Assembly (NCBI RefSeq): GCF_037042905.1
Contig: NC_087251.1
Location: 34,288,001 to 34,352,000, forward strand
Direction: 5' to 3'
DNA length: 64,000 nt
Source: Lytechinus pictus
Taxonomy: Eukaryota
The position numbers and the translations under genes are program-made. Shown here in pieces: positions 1-28,517 of the stretch. The notes beneath the pieces were generated by a model. The model searched no databases and was not told the DNA's origin. It saw nothing but the letters and a program-made list of their open reading frames with translations. The stretch's first letter is position 1; every line of letters begins with the position of its first letter.

Positions 1-3000
1 ATATTTCATATACATGTACGTCATTGTTTTAGGTTTACTCACTCTAGTGATATAATATACGTACATTTATTCACAACGAAGAATATAGCATTTGTGAACC
101 TAAACTATTTTGATAAATTATAAACATTCAAGTTATTGAATTTCTTATGAGTTATTCGATGACAATGTCCAGCCTACAAATTCTTAGTCTTTCTAATGTT
201 AATGAAAACGACCATTTATATCGCACAGAATGAGAATCCGTTGATATGTCCAGTTAACTAATATTTAGAAATTAATCTCCTTCCACACAATAGATGGGCA
301 AATATTGTCTAGTATCAATTTCATATCTATTTTAATCGACATAGTACAACGTTCTTACAAATTGCGCGAAGGAATATTGAAGCGTTTTGTAGTTCACAGA
401 CGGCATGATATCTTCACTTAAGAGAAAAGCAAACTTTGCCTGAAATTGATCCATGCAATTTTATTACCAGCCCATTCAGTAAAGTTTACAGACGGCAAAA
501 TTGCCATGATATACCGAGGAATCGAATTGAAGGTAGGAAACCTAATATTGCCCGCCCTGAAAAAGAACGATAAAAGAATCCCCGTCTTTCTCAATTGGTC
601 ACTATAAATGTTTGAAAGAACGAAAAAAATATGGAACAGGTTCACTTACCATATCTCCCTCTTGGATTATGACAAAGGCAAGTTGATAGGAAGAATAAAC
701 CCTGACAAGTATATAGCGTTCCTTCTGACGAAAGCTATGTGAATGGTTGATTGTGATAATATGAGCCCTTTCTCTCCCCGCCAATCCAAAGCAACAAATT
801 ACGTCCGCTTCGATTAGTCTTGCGCCTGGTGCATGCGCTCTCTCTCTCTGCAAGACACTTTTTGTCTTCTCCTGATTTCTTAAGAAATGACAGATGACAA
901 ACCTATACAACGCCACTCTTTATCTCGTTGATGTGTAGCTATTTTAGAACATCATTCCATAATTTTGTTTATTACCTAGCGCAAGCTTGCTCTAGTTATG
1001 AATTAATGCTGTTCTTGATTAACCCTTCATTATTCTCATATTCTTGCAAGAGGGTTGTATTTTTTCATTCCTATCTCTAGCTGTTGTTGAACTTTATTGC
1101 TTTATCTTCAGTTTGCTGTTACTTAAATAGCCCAAGTTCATTCGTACATTTCCCCTCCCTCTATTTCTTCCAGACACACAAACACCGGCACACACACCCT
1201 CACATACATACACCCACACAATCACCCTCACCCCCACACACTCAATCTTCCCATATAATTTTCTTTTGCTATTACAAATTCACCTCATTTTATATATTCA
1301 TTATTGTAATCCTTACTATTATTTTTTTAGTTTCGTTCATCGGTAACCTCTTCACGATCTTACCATGTTCAATAATATTTTTCAATGAAAAACAGCTGGT
1401 GTCTTTACTCAACAAAACAAATCATCCTTATTCATAATAATAACAACTATATACTTATTATTTCTGTAGTTTGTATATTTGCCACCCCGTATTGACTCGG
1501 TGAACAGTTTATATTCCTCATCTATCCACAGTGTTTCACCTTTATCGTTTCTAAGTAAAATGGACCCCATGTGCTATATTTCAGTCCTCTTCTAGGTTGA
1601 GATTTTACCAGTAATCATCAAGAATTTAAAGGTTCTTCAAAGTTCACACACGGTTTGGGATCACGAGACCTATTCGTTGTCATGTTATATAGATAACCTT
1701 TTTAATTTTCATGACTTCACCCGGCTCGCTCCAAGGCACTTTTCCACTCATTCGATTCAACATCATTAATGTAGACTCTTTGGATTGCGCCTTTCTCGGA
1801 ATGAATCACAATAACAGAAGAACACATTCAGGATATGATATATATAGTTATGTGAATTTTCACGTTAGTTTGTTTATGAAATATTGAATATAGGGAGTTT
1901 TAGAACGTAATGATCTTGAGACGAACACAGTTGCTTAATTTTTAGAGGAGCAGGCAATTAATTGTAGCAACCCTGTTATGAGAGCAGGAGTTTTAGATAT
2001 ACACAATACGATTGAGTCGGATTAATATGGTTTTTTTTCTTGTTTGTATTTATGCTGGTATGGTCTTATTGTATATAGGTTTTTCATTTGTATGGTTGCC
2101 TCATTGTTCCTGGGTGTGTTCCTGTCCTCATGGCTGTGTTTTCTTGTGTCATACAAGAATCTTAGCATAGAATGAATTATTTGAATGCCATATTCAGTGG
2201 TGGACACAGATGGGGGGCACACCCTAAAAATGTTACAGATATTTCTTTACTAAGGCATTCTAACCATTCATCGATCTTTAAAAATAAACAACATGAACAT
2301 TAACCAACCTGATAATGAAGAGGGCACTCCTTCCTTGCTGTCTTGCTGCTACTCACCCAGTTAAAATATTGTAATTTACCTGGAGGCTAATTCGCACTAT
2401 AAGTGTTGCCTTTAAGGAAAAACATTCATCTTAAATCATCATGCACTATTCTTATCAACCCATTAAATACCGGAACTCTCGCTTTGTATGTGTTTTGTGG
2501 TATTTCCCATGCAATATGATAAAAAAAAAAATCCAAATTGAATAAAGTCTACTTCTGAAAGGCAGACCCGTTTTCCCTCTAGCTCTCATTATCCATGTCA
2601 ATGTCGTGATGAATTCGATGTCACATGATCGTCACGTGATTATAGAGTTACCATCGTGTGTACAATCATTGCTACAGTCATTTGCATTTATTTGATTAAT
2701 GGTTTCCTTATTGGCTCGCATGTAGAGTAGTGGCGTATCTGTAAAACCTCATGAGAAAGGGTAGTAAAATGTTGACCAGCAAAAAAAACAAAGTAGAAAA
2801 AAAAAAGGAAAAGGAAAAAAAGAAGCCACTTCCAGTAAAAATTTCTGATAACTTAAATAAAGAGGTCATCCGCACTATCGGATGCGCTTTTCATTCCAAA
2901 ATATTCTGACAAATACAAAAAGGGTCAACAAATTTTTCCTCCTGACCCCCCCCCCCCCTTGGTTAGGTAAGGTACTGATATCATGGATATAAAATATTTC

Positions 3001-3460
3001 TTTCCTTTAACACTGATATCACATTTATCGTTAAAAAGCATCATAATCCATGCACGTGCACACATAGTTATGGAAGTAGGTCTATATAAGTACGACTTTA
3101 CTTTCGACTGTGTCATGTACATTAGCGACTTCATGATCGGGGATATTATAATGTAATAAGATTAATTTGTTGTACTTTCTTGACTTGCTATGAAATTGAT
3201 GCTTAGTATTTGCGAACTACACTCCAGCCACGGCCGCTTGTAAGACGTAATTTTTAATGTAGGTCATATGTGGATACCGAATACGATTGTATTCTAGTTC
3301 AATTTTATTTAGAATTAGGTCGAATTATGTGGGATCTATATTCAAGCAATTCCCTTTCTCCACAGATATCTATAGACATCGTTTACAACGTGTCCACATT
3401 TCTAGTTCACTTGTGTAGAAATTGACATAGGAATCCACTGTATTTGTGTTTCTCCTTTTC

Positions 3461-3734
3461 ATAATAATAATAATAGCTGGATTGATAAAGCGCTTTTTGC
3501 CAGAGGATACAAGCGCTGATATTATTAATCTGGCTTTAGCTCGAGCTACTATCACCGGCGCTCAGTGCATGCAAGGAATTACTCCTGCCGTGTAAACCAT
3601 TATCCTCATCTGGGTCGAGTGCAGCACAGTGTGGATAAATTTGTTGCTGAAGGAAAACACGCTATGGCTACGATTCGAACCCACGACCGTCTGTATCAAA
3701 GACGAGAGTCAGAACCACACGACCACGACGCACC
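3461..3734 (-). mobile_element. tRNA-derived SINE
   Basis: Minus-strand A and B boxes (GTTCGAATC), body tttatccacactgtgctgcactcgacccag shared with the copies at 31866 and 34432, (TTA)n tail. Confidence 0.75.
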
Positions 3735-4482
3735 TACCATTCTATTGGATATAAATTATTTAAAAAAATGAATTTGAAATCGTGATTTCAATAATGTTAA
3801 GTAACAAACCATGTGTTAGTTTGAACAAAATTTATTATGGAAAAAAAAGAGAAAATTTTTATGGAAGAATAAAAGAATAGCTTATTTCTTGGAAGAATTC
3901 ATTTTGGACACCATGCACTGATCATTCTGTTAACCTAAAGGTATGTTTCGTTTTAAATAAGTAAATACCAAAACATAGATTTGAATAAAAATATGATGTT
4001 CTATTCGATTATTAAAATCATTTTTCTAGCTGCCACGCGCTTATTATCTTTAAAGAAGCTATATTATGCTCTGAATTAAATCACAATACAATGAATTTTG
4101 TGCTTGTGCTGAATTAACCATGTAAACCGTGATTCAATTAGCCATGCCCTGCGTGATCTTATATTAAGCTTCTTTAAGCCATGCCCACAATCATGCAATA
4201 GTATATGTTATTAAGACGTATGTCGTCTCCTTTGTTCTTGTTTGTGTGTGTCAAGATATCTTACTGCCAACACAAGTTTTCTTGACCCACATCTTGTGGA
4301 AGCTGGATTCCTCATGTTCATCCTCTGTGCTCTGTGAACAAGTACAGAAGCTTTCAATTAGTATCTGCTTTATGAGATGGTGATATATTTTATCTGACAA
4401 AAAAGTTACATAGCAATATAATTTAGGCCTATATTGCCAAGTCGACGTTTATGAAGATACATGTCGACATTATAATGATAGT

Positions 4483-4833
4483 AAATAATAATAGTTACAG
4501 TTATATATAGCGCTTCGTACGCCAAGCATGTGTCTAAGCGCTTTGCATTGTAATTATTATTACCCCGGGCACATTACTGTGCCACACATAAAGTGCACCA
4601 TCTCCAATCTCTGGGGAGTTTCCAGGCCAGGCAACCCTTAAATTATCAGTGCACACGTGCCAATCCGATCACATTTACGTCCATATCCTACCGGGTACCC
4701 ATTTAACACCTGGGTGGATAGTGTCAAACATGGATAAGTTCCTTGCCAAAGGACATTAAAGCCGGGTAGGATCCGAACCGTCGGCCCTTGGTTTAACAGT
4801 CAAATGACTGAACCACTACACCACTACACCTCC
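4483..4833 (-). mobile_element. tRNA-derived SINE (related family)
   Basis: tRNA-like head on the minus strand, cacccaggtgttaaatgggtacc core, TTA tail. Confidence 0.65.
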
Positions 4834-5394
4834 ACATCCACACAGATGTGAGTGCATCGGTAGGTTTTGTGAGCGTAAGGTCACTATGCAACTGTTTAGA
4901 CTGGTTTTAGACTAGTTTCCCTAGTTACCGCATGCTCACTAGACCTATCCATTCATGAACAAACCTGTGCATCATTTGTTATATAGAAGGTGGAATTTTT
5001 CGACGATTTTCTTTTCAACCATGCATAAGTAATTGCCGGACGCATGGCAATTTTAGCAGATGCATGGCTGACCATACATCGACAATTACTTATGCATGCA
5101 CTGTTAGAAAATTTATCCTTAAAATAAAAGAAGTTCCTGCAGCAGAGTCTCAAGGACACCTGTAATCTTACCAAATTGCGTAATCTTTCAGGAAATTGGT
5201 ACTTGATGTATGAAACCTTACAAATTTCCTTTAATAAAGCACCCTTTTCCCCTTTTTAAACAGACCTGTTCTGTTAAATTGCGGGAAAATTCCTGTTTTA
5301 TGAATTTACAGAATGATTCTGTTATTGCTTTCTGCAAAATCTTCTTTTTTCTGTAAAATCAGTTTTTTTTTTTAGTGTGGTTGCCATTCTATAA

Positions 5395-5670
5395 GGCAAG
5401 ATAACATATCTCGTCATGTTGACATGCTTTTTAACTTTTTATAAGTCGATTTGGCAAGATAGCATATCTTGTTATGTCAACATGTAACTTTTATACTTCA
5501 ACTTTGGAAGATAACATTTCTCGTTATTACCACATTTAACCCTTTTTATGAAATTCACAAGATTTACGTATCTCACTCATTATGTCAACTTGCAACTTTG
5601 TGTAGTCGACATGGCAAGAAAACGTTATAGGCCTATGTCGCTGTGTTGACAAAATGAGACTTTTAAATCA
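5395..5670. repeat. Degenerate ~55-60-bp minisatellite
   Basis: Recurrent ggcaagata.catatct.gt.atgt..acat..aacttt units. Confidence 0.55.
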
Positions 5671-6672
5671 ACATGTCACGTCCCCACTTTTATTTATCTC
5701 GTCAAGTGAATGGCTCGTTAAATCATCCGCAACCAACAGACGTTCTCCTTTGCAGTGTCTATGCTGTCACATAATTTACCTCAATTCAATTAAGCGATGT
5801 GTTTATCTGCCATACGTAGGCTTGATCTGTATGAAATAAGAGTGTCGTTCGTGGATATTGATTTTATTAAGGATTTTGAAAATTTCGAAAGAATCAGCCA
5901 TGTTTCCCTTTTTGGCGTAGTAGTTATTTTTATCGGAGAAATTGTGTATTGGCAAGAGATCCTATATTCCTATTTGTATCATTTCTGATGATCAGACTGA
6001 CACATCACTGATGAATTAAAAATAAATGTCATTATCAGTTATTGATATCGTCACGCAGCGGGCAGCGCCAGAGTATTTTTATAAGAGAGGATCCGGGGGG
6101 GGGAGGGGGAGGTAAAAGTGACGCTTTCGTTGTCTGTCTTTTGATTGCAAAACATAATTCTTCCCACATTTACGAATAGCGTATACTACGTAACTTCCCA
6201 AACAATATAAAAGATCTCCCCATTTACCTCACAACATGCCTATAGAACATTCCACATTATATTATTCACATTACAGTGCTATGTTTATTTCAAATCATAT
6301 GTATTTTGTTCTACTATGTTTGATTTTTTAAAGGTTTGTTCAGGCTATTTTGATCGATTTCATCTGCAGTAAACACCTGTCGCTAGCTCACGGTCGATCG
6401 AAGCAGAAACAGGCTTAACCCAGGGGAGAGGCTTCACTGTGACCTGCTGATCAAACGCCATTTTAAGAACATCATGAAAATCTTTCTTGCACTGAATTCT
6501 TCATTCTTCGAACGTCATTATATTACGTGCAATTCAAGGAAAGACTTATCCTCGATCTAGGTTAGATGTGAAAGAACCGAAATGCATGAACCATCAATGA
6601 GCCGAGAACCGCAAATCCGTCAAAGAACTGGGTATTCTATTTACTTATAACACGTTTATTGTCTGTCTTTTT

Positions 6673-6770
6673 GTAGGCTATATTCTAGTTTTATAACTTT
6701 TACATATAGTAGGCTATATTCTAGTTTTATAAATTTTACATATAGTAGGCTATATTCTAGTTTTATAGCT
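6673..6770. repeat. 36-bp tandem repeat, about 2.7 copies
   Basis: Unit gtaggctatattctagttttataacttttacatata. Confidence 0.9.
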
Positions 6771-7903
6771 TTGACAACTTAATCCCTTAAAAACATGTAG
6801 CGTTAGTGCTTTTTCAGATTGCCGTCTTTTTTGCATACAATAATTAAAAAAAATCGTAAGGCCTACTAATGTTCTTGACTATTGTGTCCTATGATATTTA
6901 TGTCTTAAACGAGATTAGGTGCTCGTTTCAGAAAGATTTTCAATTCAACGAATAAAACGAGCCGCTACTATAATTGGGACTTGTTCTTGATTTCCTGCGG
7001 TGCGTTTAAACGCAACGTTTTGTGCAATGGGCCCCCGGACAGTGTCTTCATCTTCGATTAATACTGTTATCATTTAACATAAGATACATTTGATACATTT
7101 TAATTACCTCAATCCCCTAATTCTCATCAATTGTCGAACACCATGCCTGTATGTTCTGCACAGAAACCCATTTCATTTTCTCGCTTCACACATTCTCTAA
7201 CCACCCCTATGCATATCCCATCATCATTATCATCGGTTGTGCACCCCTTCTCGTATCGCCAACATTCCATTTTATCACACTCCTCTCCATCGTCCCTTCT
7301 CCATCATCATCCGTACGGGTGGTAAACTCATTACGTAACCATGCGGTTACCCCATCATCATCACCATCACTTCCATTCCTATCATCCCATGTGACACACT
7401 ATGCATACAATTCGATTGTTTGCGTAGTGGTATTATGCGCGCCATACAACTACTTCCTTATCAGCTCATCGCTCATCTAATAAAGGACCAACTTAAAGGC
7501 GGTACGGAGCATTGAGGCCACGCTAAATATTGGCGGCAAGATGAGATTAATACATTTTAGTAGTAGATCGGATGTCAAATGAGGCCGGGTAATCGTATTA
7601 GATGGTGAACAAAGAAAATCGCCAGCCTCGAAAAAAATCATTAAAAATTTGCGACTGTATCTCGAAAGTGTTTCGGGATGGAAATATTCACTCTGATAGA
7701 AAAGGAATGTATATATATAATTGAATTAAAAACTTAGCACTCGGCCAAATTGTGGTATTGAAGACGGGTGATAAGATTATATTAGTAGTTAATACTAATA
7801 TGGGGGCGAAATGATGAAGGTGTTAACACCCCATTATACTTTATCAACATTACTATTATTCACAAAAAGGGGATTTCGAATGACCATTTGATAATGCTCA
7901 TAC

Positions 7904-8451
7904 TCAAAAGACAAGTGCACCCCAACAAAATCCAACAAGCGTAAAATTTCATCAAAATCGGATGTAAAATAAGAATGACATTTTAAAGTTTTGCTTAATT
8001 TCACAAAACAGTTATATGCACATCCCGGTCGGTATTCAGGATGATCCTGTATGACGAGACTGATGACGTCATCCACTCACTATTTCTTTTGTATTTTATA
8101 ATATGAAATATGAAATATTATAATTTTCTCCTCATTGTCAAGTGAAACAACGATGAATTCCTCCATGAACATGTGTAATTAGCATTGTTTAATACTGGTT
8201 CAGTCAAGTTGGTCCTTATTGTCAAATATGTAAATAGAATAAAAAATAGCGAGTAAAGGACATCATCAACTGTCTCATGTGCATGTCACTGATTTGTGCA
8301 TAATCATTACTGTTCTTGTGAAAAATAATCGAATCTTTAAAATGCCACAACTTTCTTAGTTTACATCAGATTTTGATGAAATTCTCAGCGTAATGCTAGT
8401 TTTCTCTATTTGTTCAAATCAACATTATTCTTGGGTGGACTTGACCTTTAA
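7904..8451. mobile_element. TTAA-type MITE (Kolobok/piggyBac-like); related degenerate copy near 36879-37420
   Basis: Ends tcaaaagacaagtgcacccc and gggtggacttgacctttaa; internal inverted aatttcatcaaaatc.gatgtaaa / tttacatcagattttgatgaaatt. Confidence 0.65.
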
Positions 8452-10194
8452 CAAACGAAAATTTACTTCTATCGCCATTACCACAATTGTGACCATTCAC
8501 ATTTCACTTCACACATTCACTTCTATTCCAACACCACATTCGTACATTTTGATATGCATTATATGTAGGTTGACAGGCTAGATTCATTCGAATGCATGGA
8601 ATATTAATGAATGTTTAGGTGTAACGCGTAACTTTTTATCATGAATCAGTAATCTCGTGGAACCCGAGATATAGTCTTGTATGAATACTTCGTAGATTTT
8701 CATTCCCTCTTCGAGAAGAACAGATGATGTAAGAGAAACCCTCGCAACCCAAGAGCTATACGTTGATTGTATCACATAATTTGCTCGCACAACCCCCGCC
8801 AAAGTAAATGATATAGTGGGAAATATAGTTGTACAGCCTGTGGACAAGACTACGTGTTTAAAGGCTTTGGAACAAAATACGGACACTAAAGTATATACTT
8901 CCAATGCTATATTTATTCATATAAAAAAAATCATTATTATAGTGTTTCGCATCAGTCTGATAGGAAGGGTGTGCTCAAAACAAACAAAAACATAATTTTG
9001 ATGAATGGAGTATTTGAAATTTACAAATTTGATTAAAAAGAAAGTTGAAATATCTATAAAAAATCTTAAGAAACAGCACCGTTTTTGCGGCATTTTTAAG
9101 TTTAGCCTTTTTCCGGCTGATGCCAGATGATGATGTAAACTCCCCACCTTTTGTGATTTTTTTTTACAAGAATACAATCGTTTTAAAAAGTGGGAGTACA
9201 AAAGAACCCAAATTTAGACGAATATTGCTATAACTTATTTTGTTATAAGAAGATAAATTCATTCAATTTTATGAAAATTAAAATCTCATAAAATGAAATA
9301 AAAAAAGGGAAAACGGGAAGTTACGTGGTCAGCTAAGCTTATTACGTAATCATAACGACATGCATAAAACTGTCCAACCGAAAGTATACATAACTTTAAA
9401 TTTCATTGTGTTATTTTTCTTTTCGATTGTTATGATATTTCGATCGTATTTGCATCTTAAATTTGTACTCTATTCAGGTCCGTCGGAGTCGTTACGCCAA
9501 TACCATCTTTTCTTATTAACAGAAACAAATAAATATGAAGGAAAAAGAGATTTTTAAAAATGGAGAATGAAAAGGAAATAAAATTAAAAGAGGTAAAATA
9601 AAAAAGTCCGGAATGGTAGAGAACAGAAAAAAATGGTGGAGCGGTTTTATTGATACGAAGCTTAGTGGTCCGAGGTTTGATCCTTGAATTACACCTTTTA
9701 TATGATTACGTAAAAGGTCGCAGATATAAATGACAAGTTTTAAAATGTCTGTAAAATACTCTTTACACATTAAAGAATCACAACCCAAATTATGTTATCA
9801 GAATTTTTTTTTTTTTAGTAATGCGTCCGTCTGAATGCGAAAGAGCTAACACAAAGGTTTGCGATTAATCGATAATGACAATGGCCAATCAAGATCTGTT
9901 TTGCATGCGCATTTTATTCTACAGACTGACCAGTAACCAATCAGAGTCGTTCTTTGAAATCGGCGATTCATCGCATACCTTTGTGTTACGGGGCCCTGGT
10001 CCCTAATCACAATATCCCTTTGGAGTGAAAAGTACCCTTATACAAAGTGCACTACAACTCCTTCTGGAATGGACTGTAAACCTTTTTGTACATTTAAATA
10101 CCAACAAAAGGTAAAACCTACTATTAAAAGACGCAAATGTCACTCCAAAAAGAGCGGGAACATCTCACCTCGATATGAGTGTGATAAGGGAATT

Positions 10195-10323
10195 GGGGCC
10201 CGTAACACAAAACTTAACAATCATTGTAGAACATTTTTTAAAGATTGATTGCATTGACTACAATGTACAATTAATCGTGAAAATCAAGCACGCGATTAAT
10301 TGCTAACCATTGTGTTACGGGAC
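10195..10323. mobile_element. Short MITE (TIR gggcccgtaacaca); related copy at about 9846-9995
   Basis: cccgtaacacaa...ttgtgttacggga inverted termini. Confidence 0.6.
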
Positions 10324-10655
10324 TAGATTAGCTCCTTTGCATTAGAGAAGTCTACTTGAGCTCCATCCATACTCTCATACGCATTGTAGACCTACACTCA
10401 CCAGTACTATCTAAAGTTCGAAGGATTCGAAGTTAATCCAGACAGCCGAATATTAGATTTAGATTCAAACCTTGCTGATTTAAATATATAGTGTAAAGAT
10501 TTGAACTGAAATCTTTTCAAATTCAAAAGATAATCCTCAAGATTAAAAATAAATCCAATTTGGCTAGTCGCTATTCATAACAGATCTTGATTTATTTTAA
10601 ACCCTTGTAATTCAAATTGATATATTTCAGTGATAAGGGTCGAGATCAATCTCAC

Positions 10656-10895
10656 GGGTCATGTGGTCCAGTGGTTAGAGCATTGGACTCATAATCGCAA
10701 GGTTGTGAGTTCGATCCCCACTCTGCCATTGTCTCCACTTTGATAAAAAGACCTGAGAGTAATATCTGCCGTCTATAAGGTCAGCCACTATGACTGATTA
10801 ATCCATCTTATAGGTAATTGGTTATATACCAGCTTGGCATTATACCAGCAAAAAGTTGTCCTGCCGAGTTCCTACGGGAGTTACCATCAACAGAA
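10656..10895 (+). mobile_element. tRNA-derived SINE (pseudo-tRNA head with CAT anticodon-like loop)
   Basis: A box TGGTCCAGTGG, B box GTTCGATCC, poorly pairing acceptor stem, followed by a non-tRNA body; 3' end approximate. Confidence 0.65.
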
Positions 10896-12347
10896 ACAGT
10901 AATATAACGTCTGATTTGAATCAATTGTTTTTCTTTAAGGAGAATTCTCTTCCCCATGATCTCACACACTCTCTACTAACGCACAAATCCATATCCATAT
11001 CACACTATATAAATCTAAATAATCTCTTCGATCATCGAATTAAATCTCAACTAGCTGAGACGCAAAATCCTTATTACTGGCGAGTAGACGGTTAGATGGA
11101 TAAATTGTATTTGTAATGATTATTTTCCCTTTCATCTTTACTAAAGAAATTGTACACTCTAAAAAATATTCTGCAATATCCTATAGTTAGTATTTCCGAC
11201 GATAAAATGAAAAATAAATAGTGGGTTGATGAGATCTTCTACTCTCATATTTGCTTATCACTTGTGTCAATGTTGTGTAAAATTAAACGAATTTAGACAT
11301 TTTCAGATTTTCTTGTATCACAGCCAATTTTTATGTCATATTTGTTCGTAATGCTTGTTTGTTTTGCTCGCAGGTTTTGCTTTATTCATTCAAAGATGTG
11401 TTTGGTTGGATATGGGCTTGATCGATTACGATGAATCATCGACACCGGTGTAGAAGCTCCGCATATACATATAATACAAAGGAAGAAAAACGAATGAACA
11501 CACGAGAAGATTTTCAAACATTCCTTTTTTTATTCCAAAACTGATGACTTTTTTTCTCGCTAAACACATGGAATGAGTAAATAGTCATGAGTATAATTGT
11601 GAGGTGCACATTATAGTCTAAATGACATGATTTCCCTCCGTAACTTTTGCAATGAATCGGTTCAGCTGAAGAATTTGCACCCTGGTTTACTGTCAGCATT
11701 TGTAGTAAGGCCTAGTCTGTTTCCAAATGACTGGGATATACACCATTGTTCACTTGCTCGTAAAATAACTGTTTGCTACATAGGGTTACAAATATAATAT
11801 TATGTGAAAATCAGTAAAAATTTGATCAATAATCAATTCTGGGACGTAGTCGTTTGTCTTTGTATTTCAATTTCATCGAATCAATAAAGTCTTTTATTTT
11901 GGTGGATATCATCAACATAATTAAATTCCTTTGAAAAAAACAACAACAACAACTGGAACGCACGATGTGATACTGTAATGTACATAAGTCCTCATTGTAT
12001 AATACATCTCTGCCACTTTATATAATCACGAGGATGTGAACGCGGTCGATCGTCTATATACAGATTCTGCTTCGGGCCAACGTGTGTGCACTCGGCGCTG
12101 CTCACACTCAAGATCCAGCTCCGTGACTTTGATAGATGAAATCTCACGAAAATACAGCGCGAAAAACCATGGAGGTTTTGCGATAGTTTTCTTGGTAATT
12201 TGTGGTTTCTTCTGACATTAAAAGTGCAATAGAATTCGGGAATTGTTTGTCCGTCAAATATGAAAGCCCTCCGCAAAATGGCAACACCGATGTCACGGCT
12301 GGTGCTGGTTGACAAACGGCCGGAAGTGACGTCGTATCTGACCAACC

Positions 12348-28282
<15,935 letters not shown>

Positions 28283-28489
28283 TTTGTCAATTGTTGTAGA
28301 TGGTTGATTACTATAAGGAGTGATGTGTTGCTGCTAACAGCTGCAAGCGAGGATGTTGAGAGGAGATGAAAAGAGGAAGAATAACCTAGTCGTAATGGTT
28401 CCACGTAAGTGAGCAACACCCGTTGTATGTCCAATATAGCGCACGCGGCGAAAGATACTCGGAAGATACCCATAAGCAGCGCTTGCCTT

Positions 28490-28517
28490 CTTATATATTC
28501 AGTTATCCTATGCAAAT
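28490..28517 (-). promoter_or_regulatory. Putative calmodulin core promoter (TATA box plus octamer)
   Basis: TATATAAG on the minus strand at 28490-28497 and ATGCAAAT at 28510-28517, about 210 bp upstream of the ATG. Confidence 0.5.

Noticed and set aside
1084..9788. Numerous 60-120 aa ORFs
   Set aside because: Low-complexity or random composition, no recognisable domains and no consistent splice structure.
10656..10728. Functional tRNA-Met gene
   Set aside because: The acceptor stem does not pair, there is no Pol III terminator directly after, and it continues into a SINE-like body.
12320..12333. ETS-CRE composite motif CCGGAAGTGACGTC just after the CaM stop codon
   Set aside because: A single short motif in a 3' UTR with no other promoter support.
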